This document shows, one piece after another, positions 21,459-29,834 of a stretch of 29,834 bases of DNA. Where the stretch lies: NCBI GenBank assembly GCA_026023565.1, contig JAPETS010000034.1, positions 310,001-339,834 of the forward strand, in the 5' to 3' direction. A program made the translations under genes and the position numbers. Source of the DNA: Cirrosporium novae-zelandiae. Its lineage: Eukaryota. Numbering within the stretch: the first letter of the stretch is position 1; the number at the start of each line of letters is the position of its first letter. The notes below the pieces were generated by a model. It had not been told where the DNA came from and did not search any database. It was given only the letters and a program-made list of their open reading frames with translations.

Positions 21459-24400
21459 ACGATGATTTCATACACGTTAATGAAATGGGGGGCCGGGTTG
21501 GTTTTTTTGTAAGGAAAATTAGTTAAGGACATGAAACTCATTTCGGGGTAGACACAATTGAAATATTTTTTTGGGTAGTTTTTCACTCTTGGTTGAACGA
21601 ACATCTAACCATAAGAGAGGCATAACAAACTGACAAATAAATTCCATATATAACAGTAGCAGACAAAAAAAAAATCAACTAAAAAAGTTGGAGAACTGGA
21701 GTGCGTGCGCACCTACCTACCTACCTACCTACCAACCTCATATCATGGGAGGAGCAAACGAGGGCACAGCACAGCCAGCCTTATCTCAGACGCACATAAC
21801 GCCAGAAAAAAGAAGAAAAAAATTCCTTCGTAGCAAAGCAAGCAAAGGCTTGATCTTCGATGTAAAGCTCGTATTTGGTTCGCGAAAAATCGGAATCACA
21901 ATCACAATCTCCCTATCTTCCTATCTCCCCATTTTCCAAGGAGGGACTGACTGGCTTAACTTTCCATCATCGTGTGTTTTGAAAGGTGTGTGCAGAAATC
22001 TTTTTCATCAATTGAAAAAGCGAGCGACGAACAATGCATTCATCTTGGAAGTGTTTGGTAAGAAAAGAAAAGAGAGGAATAAAAGAATGTTTGGTTCGGA
22101 TAGAGCACCTTTTTTTTTTGAGGCAGGGATCATTAATGTTGTTGTGGCGTTGGTCTTGTGAAAATGACCGGGGAGGGGGATGGATGATGCGAGACCGGTC
22201 TCGGGGCTTTGTTACAAGGATTGACTATTGTAATCCCAGTAACAGTAACGGCGGCGGTCGAATTGAATTGCATCATGTCCTCTCTTTCTCGCTCACACAC
22301 ACACAAGGGGAAACCATTGATGACCTGATAAACGAAACACAACGAAAAAAAAGAATCTAGTGTTTGGTGTGTGTGTGTGTGTGAGAGATTTTTGAAAAAA
22401 AAATTGTTGTTGAGCAAAAATGATGATGATGATGAAACCCCCAACAACATCGATGGCGAGGATATGAAAGGGTTGGCGGCACGGCCCATCCGCACAAACT
22501 CGGACTGGGGAGGAGCCTGTACTTTTCCCGGTTATTTGAACCGTTGGCTCGAGCGTTCAGGGGGGGGAAGGGAGGCGAGGGGGGGTTGTGTGTAAGGATG
22601 AGCGACTCGGACAACCTCCATTACAACGGCTTTGTGTCGCCATAAAAATAACAATAGCGTAGTACACACACAAAAAAAGGTCGTCCTTCATCGGAAGCAG
22701 TAAGCCTGTTCCCCGGGCGATCCTCGAGGATGGACGCATGAACAATAGAGATTATTCCCGTCATATTAGCTACAACAAATGCCGTTTACGTGATAGTCAT
22801 GCTTAGATAGAGGGTCGAAAGTGAATCCACCAGGGAAACAACATTTGGCTCAGCAAAGACAGAAAGAAGAATTTTAAACAACCGCTTTTTCTGGATGGGT
22901 TGCGGTCAGGTCCAAGGAAACAAAACATGGTAACCCTGCGATAGCAGTCGCATTGAATCATGGAGTGAGAAATGCCGGCCCACCATCTCCAAGGGAAGTC
23001 ACCTTATTGATAGAGATTTGGACGCGGGAAGTTGGCCCCGCCGAGAAAAGAGTGGAATGTGGAGTACGAGTAGGATCTTGATGCCAACAAGTTATTTGAA
23101 AGCGAAATCTCCGGACAACATGCCTCCTTCATGCACCCTTATCAAGTTATCACGTACCTAGCGATCTGTCTAATATGAAGCTAGACGCCACAATAAAAAT
23201 CCACAGTCATTGATCATTGACCCTCGGACTATATATGTGAATTCAGCTTGCGCCTAGTCTGCATCGCCGCTCTTGCGTAATATGGAAAGTGTTGACGGGG
23301 GGGAGGGAGCAGCCCCTTGTAGCCACGTTTATTTGTCTCCTTGTACCTGTAATGGGATTCGCAAAGGGGTGGTGGTAATCGGTGCATGAAGACCGAGGAG
23401 GAGTTTCAGCCATGACGGTCATGGTCAAGATGAGGCCCAGTATTCTGGCTGATGTATTTGACGCAGAATCGCTTGGGTCGAGTCATTCTGCAGAAACTTG
23501 TCGACGCCATATCGCGCTTAGCAGGGACGAAAGGTGATGGAAACCGGGTAGACTCGTAACCTCCAAGTACAGTTTCAGCAGGTAAGCTCAAAAGCCTGGA
23601 CCATAAATCAGTCACTTCACATACCATTCATCTGCAGTAGGACCAAATCGGATTCGGAAGGACGACCGATCAGAGCTTGGACTTTTCCCTCTAGACTTGA
23701 TCTGCAATCGCACCAGTCATGGCAATGGGCCTGTGGGAATTCTAATAAATTGACGAGTCGGATGCAACTGTAATTATGATTAGATGGTTGGGTCCACTTA
23801 CCACCAAGCCTATTAGCTAATTTTCATCCCCCTGCAGAGCTCACCACCACCCAAACGCTTTTTTTTGGTTTTTTTTTTCTTTTTTGCTATGTTTCTTTTC
23901 TTTTGTGTGTGTGTGTGTGTGTATGTATGTACGTTTCGTTCGTTCGTTGATGATGGATGGGGATAGATAGATCAGTCTACCTCATTTAATGGGGACGGAT
24001 GGTCCATCTTGAAAAAAGAACCGATCAAATCAATACCTAACCTTTCTTATCTTCGTCCTATCTTCCATCTTCTCATAGCTGGTCGGGAATAAAAGCAAAT
24101 TCAGTGGCAATCATCACAAAAATTAATTTGGATTGATATTAACCGATGCCACTTTTGTATATTGTAATGTATGAGGTTGAAATATAAGGTATGCCGGGTC
24201 TATAATCCAAAACTGCATTAAAATAGGGGCAGTGAATGTAGGTACTTTAACAATTTCAAATGTATTGGACGATGGATAATATTTGAGACTGGATTTGTGG
24301 CTGGACTAGTTGGAATCTGATGGGATTCGGCCGCTTATTCGTTCAACTTTACATTCCCCGACGTCGGCATCTTAGAGCTTCAGTAGGTGATGATAATGGA

Positions 24401-26888
24401 TTCAATTGTATCCAAAGGTCCAGACAGGAATTAAAAAGGGTGTGGGATCGAGGATTACGGGGCGCATATGGTGAGAATAGTAAGTATGACGAAAACTTTT
24501 GCTGCTGATTTTCCATTTTCATTTCCATTTGCATTATCATTTGGTTTTTGGTTTTTTTTTGTTCTTCTTGATTCATGGTCTGAAAAAAAATTTAAAATTA
24601 AATGACCGCTATGGCAATTGGAAGAGAGAGAGGTTGCTTCGAGATGGTTGAGAGAAAAAAAATTTCCGATATCATTTGGAGCCAAGCCTTGGTCGGTATA
24701 GACTCATAGAAAATAGAGGTAGTTTGTACCTTGTAGGGATTTATTAAACAAATATAACCATGTACTCGGACATTTCGCTCCAGATGGCTCATTGGAGTGA
24801 GATTCACGAGATGGGCTCAGGTACTCAAGTGGTCCTGTTAATGATGCTATTTTTCCCATTGTTTCAGTCAAAGGGAACTGGTTCTGTAGATCCTGAGGTC
24901 GTTTTTTCGGCTACGTCCCGTCGCCTATCAAGCCGTCTGGTGATTGCCAAGTTACGCACAGTAGCTATTTCGGAGAAAGAGTACTTTTACATCTGGGGCA
25001 CTGGCTGAATACTGGAGAGTAGGAGAGAAAGAGGAAGGCAAAAGAGGCTTGAACGGCTATGACTATCGATAACTCTTATGCTTGTATGCGGAGACTGATA
25101 CAGATGAGGCGCTCGCCAGATACCTTGTTGAGACGTGCGTATATTTTTGTACTCTACCTTGGTTCACTCTCCTGTTCTTTTTACCTTGACCTTTTACCTT
25201 TACCCTGCATGAATTATAATGATGACTATGATGACGACCCATGGATGGTTCAGGACTTTGATACCTGGATACTTTGCAGCCCTTTATGACTTAATGGCTT
25301 CTTCCCTGAGGATGAACCGACGAGAGAAAGGGTACAAAGCAGGGTAAAGTGGCTTCCAAATCCCAGGTCAAAGGTATCATGATCCCTGCAGCACTTGCAG
25401 CATCAAAATTTTGTCCAGTCCGGAGATATGCTACGATTCATGCCTCCTCGGCAACGCCCTGTCTGATGACGGGTTCCCAAATAGTCGACTGTCGGTATGA
25501 GATTGACTGGATTGAATGGACTGAAGGGGATTGAATGGATGAATTAAATGAAAAGAAATGGATAGTCGTGCTCAAATTGGTCGACATGAATAGAAACATG
25601 CTGTCTCAAGTTGGTACGGATCTAATTATTATGGATATTACTATGGAGATGATTTTCCATTGATTCGAATGCCGCCGTGGGATTAGACATAGGGAGCCGT
25701 GGGAGCCCACAGTGAACAGTGCTGAGCCGATCAGAGAGGGCTATTTTCAATAGCCTGGTGATTCTGGGCGTAGTGTCGGAGAAGTCGATAAGGCAAAGTT
25801 CGCACACTGCCACTCGCTCGAATGTCTAAATTACTCGAATTGTCTGAGCACCAGAGACTGTCAGAGTAAGTCGTCGGTAGTCAGGTAGTCAGAGAGTAGT
25901 CAGAGTGGGGGATTTGAACTATTCAAACCATTTCAGCTTTTCGCGCACGCGCACACACCTTTTTTGAATTTAGCCATCTTTAGGAGATGTTTAGGTGGAT
26001 GTTTAGGTCTTGTGGGTAAGGACCAAGACAGTCAACTAAGGCGTAACAGCGGGGATTCTCACACCACTAAACCTTTACTAACAATTGAAGAACGAATGAA
26101 TAATCCCCCCAGAAATCAAACTTGAATGCATTTGATTGAGCTCTAGGACTCTTCCCCCAATCGAGATACGATGGTACTTTTGGAAGGGACTCCATCGGTT
26201 TCGAGATTGTCCAACATAGTTGCTTGGATCCTTTGCCTGTGTTTAGTAGAACCATTGATTTACTTATTTTTTTTGGTTCCATTCGCCAGCCTCGTTCATT
26301 CTGTCGTTCTCTAATCCATTCAGAGAGATTCACTTTCACTTTCTTTCTCTTTCTCTCAATCTGTTGACGGGCAAAGAAATCTAAGCGACCAACCTTCTTG
26401 CATCATTCACTCACTACATGGATTCCGAGAGAGAGGGGGTAGCCCTGTAACCCTGTAACTAGAATCGGTCGATTTTAAGCTAATAGGCAGTGAAGACCGG
26501 TGGAGGTCCGGCTCTCTTCTCATAGCTCAATGGCTTTTTTTTTTTCTTCTCTTTTCTCTCTTTCTCTCTTTCGTGTGTACAAAAAAGGTAACTCAGAGGT
26601 AATGAGGATGTACTCCAGTAACCAGTCATGAAGCCAAGAGAAGCAGTCATACTGCATTTTCACAGTACGTACATGTACATAAACATACTAGTTGGTTACT
26701 ATTACTGTAATTGTTACAGTTATTAATTCATTATTCCCTGGATTCCCTTAATTAACTAAATCCCACCATAATTTCATCGGGACATCGGAATTGACCCAGA
26801 TGGCCCTTTTCCAGGCGGGTACCATTCCTACTATAGCACAAATGCACAAAGCACCTTGGAGTACAACAGCGGAGACCCAATACCATAG

Positions 26889-26940
26889 TACATACATACA
26901 CATACATACCTACATACATACATACATACATACATACATA
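26889..26940. repeat. (TACA)n tetranucleotide microsatellite, slightly imperfect
   Basis: Read directly. Confidence 0.9.
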
Positions 26941-27024
26941 GTGAAGAAATGAAAAAAAAAAAGAGAGGGAGAGAGAGACAGAGAGAAAAAAAAAAAATAG
27001 TAACTAAGGGGGTCCTCTCTTTTC

Positions 27025-27060
<36 letters not shown>
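27025..27060. repeat. (ACCCAT)6 hexanucleotide microsatellite
   Basis: Perfect run, read directly. Confidence 0.92.
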
Positions 27061-27064
<4 letters not shown>

Positions 27065-28002
27065 CATACATACCTTAACCAAACAAAGTAGCCAAGTAAT
27101 TAATTAATTCTTCTCTCTCTCTCTCTCTCTCTCTCCTCTCTACTCATCTCTTCCCCCTTCAATACCATGTCCCTGCGGTCGCCTATGATCAAATCGCCTC
27201 TTACCTTTTACAATCTTTACTACAATCCCACCAACCCCCCCAAAAAAAACTAAGCTTGCTTCTTGATTCGAGCTTGCTTATTCCTTAATTATCTGTAGGG
27301 GAACTTAAAGAAACTAAAATACTAAGTACCTACCTCTAAAGTAATAATCAAGTAACCACTAATTAATTAATACTCCCCCCCCCAAATGCGCAGTGGAGAC
27401 TAACCACTATTATGCCACTATCGCGCGCTCTCTCGTTCTCTTTTACTCTCCCCTTCTCTTACCTCGGACAGTTTTTTCTCTATCGACCGAAATGCACCAA
27501 TACGCAAGGCCCTGCCACTGGTGCTTGAGTGTTTAGACTAAAGAACAGGGAACAACAGGGAATGGGCGATCTTAGCCGGCAACTTAGGGTGTCTTGCATC
27601 GCCCCAATTTAGAACCTTTCGGGGGTCCCTGCTCGAGGTAGCGCGAACCTCTTTTCAGTGAAGTCCTAGACAGTACTGGATTCCTTGCGAAGTTGCAAAA
27701 TTGAAAACGCTGCTGCTTAGCTGCGAGATTATCCTAGATAGGTTGACGATAGGTGGTCGGAGAGCCTGTCACTGGCTCTCTCCCACATCATGACTACAGA
27801 CTAGGCTCTGGCTGCCTGCAAAGACGGCATTTTGTACTTGACCCGCCTAGGTATGACAGCGAACATGCTCTAGACGCGTTCATACTTCAACGATGTTTAA
27901 ATATCTCCCAACACGCCTGAGCTCCATTGATTCTCCTACTGATGATCGGGAGGTCATGCTAATATTACGGTCGTTTTTTCCTCCTTGGGGTCGGCTTTCG
28001 TC

Positions 28003-29712
28003 ATGATTTCTTGGTGCTACTTCAGGTTATTCAGCGCTCTATTGTCAGTTACGATTTTTCCCCCCTTCACCATCGCCAACACCAAAGAAGCCCTCCCGCC
28101 CCCTCGCCAGCTTCGTTGTTGATGGCAGCGTGTCTATGCTGGGATTGTGATGCTGATAATTGACCTACAGCCTCTACCGCTACCTTCGTTATGTCATCAA
28201 CTTAGTGGCTTTCGTGAGATTTCGCCCGATCCAACCTCCAGAAGATCCCCAGCTCTCCTCGCAAGATGTCACCGTCATCTTGCCCTCCCTCGAAGGAGAT
28301 GGCTCGGAATTGATGGAAACCATCCGATCCATCCTCGCCGCCGAACCCTTTGAAATTATCCTCGTCACAATCAAGGCCAAAGAGCAGCGGGCCAAGGAAT
28401 TCGTCAAGTCCATGGATACCTCGCGAGTTCGCGTCTTGAGCGTCGATAATCCCAACAAGAGGCGACAGATGGTCAAGGCCATTCCTGCGGTCAAGACCAA
28501 AATCACCATATTTGCCGATGACGACGTGACCTGGCCATCCACCATCTTGAAATGGATCCTGGCGCCCTTTGATACAAATGAGCGTTATGGTGGAGTTGCA
28601 ACATGTCAACGGTTACGTCGCAAAGAGAATATGAGCCTACCGGAATGGGTGTGGGGATATCTGGATGCTCTATATCTGGAACGACGCAACTTTGACTGTG
28701 CTGCAACGACCTACATGGACGGCGGCGTGCCTTGCCTTTCCGGACGAACGGTTGCTTACAGAACGGAGATCCTCCAGAACCCAGAATTCACGCAGCAGTT
28801 CTGCAATGAACACTGGCTGTTCAACTACCAGCTGAACGCTGACGATGACAACTTCATCACGCGGTGGATGGTATCTCGTAACTGGGAAACCTACATCCAA
28901 TATCACCCCGAGGCCGAGGTATTGACTACGCTGGAAGACAATCCAAAATTTTTGTACCAGTGCCTGCGATGGGCGAGAAGTAATTGGAGGAGTAATTTGA
29001 AGACTATGTTTTGGGAAAGGCACACATGGAGGTTAGTCGCATGCCCACTATTTCTTACCTTTCCTTTCTTTTCTCTCTATCTCGGAGGATGAACGGAGGT
29101 GTGGTGGTAGTTTGGAGTAGTGATAGCGGTAGTGGTTGGTGGGGTCATGGGGCAAGTCTCCAAGTCTCGACTGTGGTAAAGAGTTTTTTTTGCTTGAAAG
29201 ATTTCGAGTTAAGAAGAAGAAGAGTTAGATTGGGGTACGGAACCCGAGACGGGGAGCCTGAGGCGATAATTGTGGGATTATGCAATTGAGAGAGCTGAGA
29301 AAGACCTATGGCTTGTTAATTTTGGGGCTTGGGTTGGCTTGTTTGGCTTTTTTTTTTTTCATCGAATCAAGGTTTTTGACGTGTTGGTTGTCTGTGCACA
29401 GTGCGCTGACCAAGATTGACATTTAGGCGACAACCTTACAGCACCTACGCTGTACAATTGACCACCCTATCGCCACCAGCCTTTATTGGTGACTTTCTCC
29501 TGGTCTTCCTGTGCCACAAGACTTTGGAGCAGTCCCAATTTTACTGGTCCGCTTTGATCTGTTTGGCGGTATGGATGTTTATCAGCAAATTCATCAAATT
29601 GATGGGACATTACATTCGATATCCTGTCGACTTCCTCTTATTGCCAGTCTCCATATTATTCGGGTATTGTCATGGTATCATCAAGATGCATGCTATGTTG
29701 ACATTGAGTAAC
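28003..29712 (+). CDS. Cps1/CpsA-like processive glycosyltransferase family 2 (polysaccharide synthase), 3' partial. Exons 28003?-28043, 28171-29031, 29427-29712; the next intron runs off the window
   Basis: N-terminal TM LFSALFLYRYLRYVIN, DVTVILPS, NKRRQM, FADDDV (DxD), CLSGRTVAYR, ADDDNFITRW, QCLRW (QxxRW) and C-terminal TM helices. Introns GTCAGT..GCTGAT..CAG and GTTAGT..GCTGAC..TAG are in phase, with a donor GTAAGT at 29713. The start ATG is uncertain. Confidence 0.88.
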
Positions 29713-29834
29713 GTAAGTTTCCCCATCTTATCAACATGTTGCCTGAGTTTCTCTTCTCAGCTGGTCCACCGGTCCACCACCACCCCCCCCCCCCCTCCCA
29801 GTCCTGAACTTTGTTAAACCCTGCTGCCATTGGT

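Noticed and set aside
21688..22614. Several 75-157 aa ORFs downstream of lad1
   Set aside because: Built from homopolymer and microsatellite runs with non-ATG or weak starts.
25463..25524. TGATGA...CTGA pair suggesting a C/D snoRNA
   Set aside because: The box C lacks the leading purine, and the putative guide is part of a local GATTGAATGGA repeat with no recognisable rRNA complement.
1..29834. tRNA, rRNA, transposon ORFs, CRISPR arrays, secondary-metabolite cluster
   Set aside because: No cloverleaf around GTTCGA-like matches, no rRNA motifs, no transposase or RT motifs, no repeat-spacer arrays, and the genes are functionally unrelated housekeeping or metabolic genes.

Overview
Fungal (filamentous ascomycete-type) nuclear DNA, judged from short GT-AG introns with CTRAY branch sites and from the gene families present. 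Eight protein-coding genes are supportable: DUS3 (-, runs off the left edge), the C2H2 transcription factor SFP1 (+), ATP synthase subunit g (+), an amidase-signature enzyme (+), the DEAD-box helicase ROK1 (-), an intronless tandem PAS/degenerate-LOV protein (+), L-arabinitol 4-dehydrogenase (+) and a Cps1-like processive GT2 glycosyltransferase (+, runs off the right edge). Two ~6 kb microsatellite-rich gaps lie at 1.4-7.4 kb and 21.5-28 kb. I found no tRNA, rRNA, transposon or CRISPR. The most notable signal is at SFP1: its leader has no ATG for 735 nt, and the SFP1 frame stays open for 99 codons upstream of the ATG, with a CTG in strong initiation context at 7461. This suggests a CUG-initiated 96-aa N-terminal extension. 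Secondary leads are a probably photo-inactive LOV-like protein, an orphan minus-strand frame split by a single TAG, and several repeat or structure elements. All family assignments come from motifs read by eye, with no database searches.
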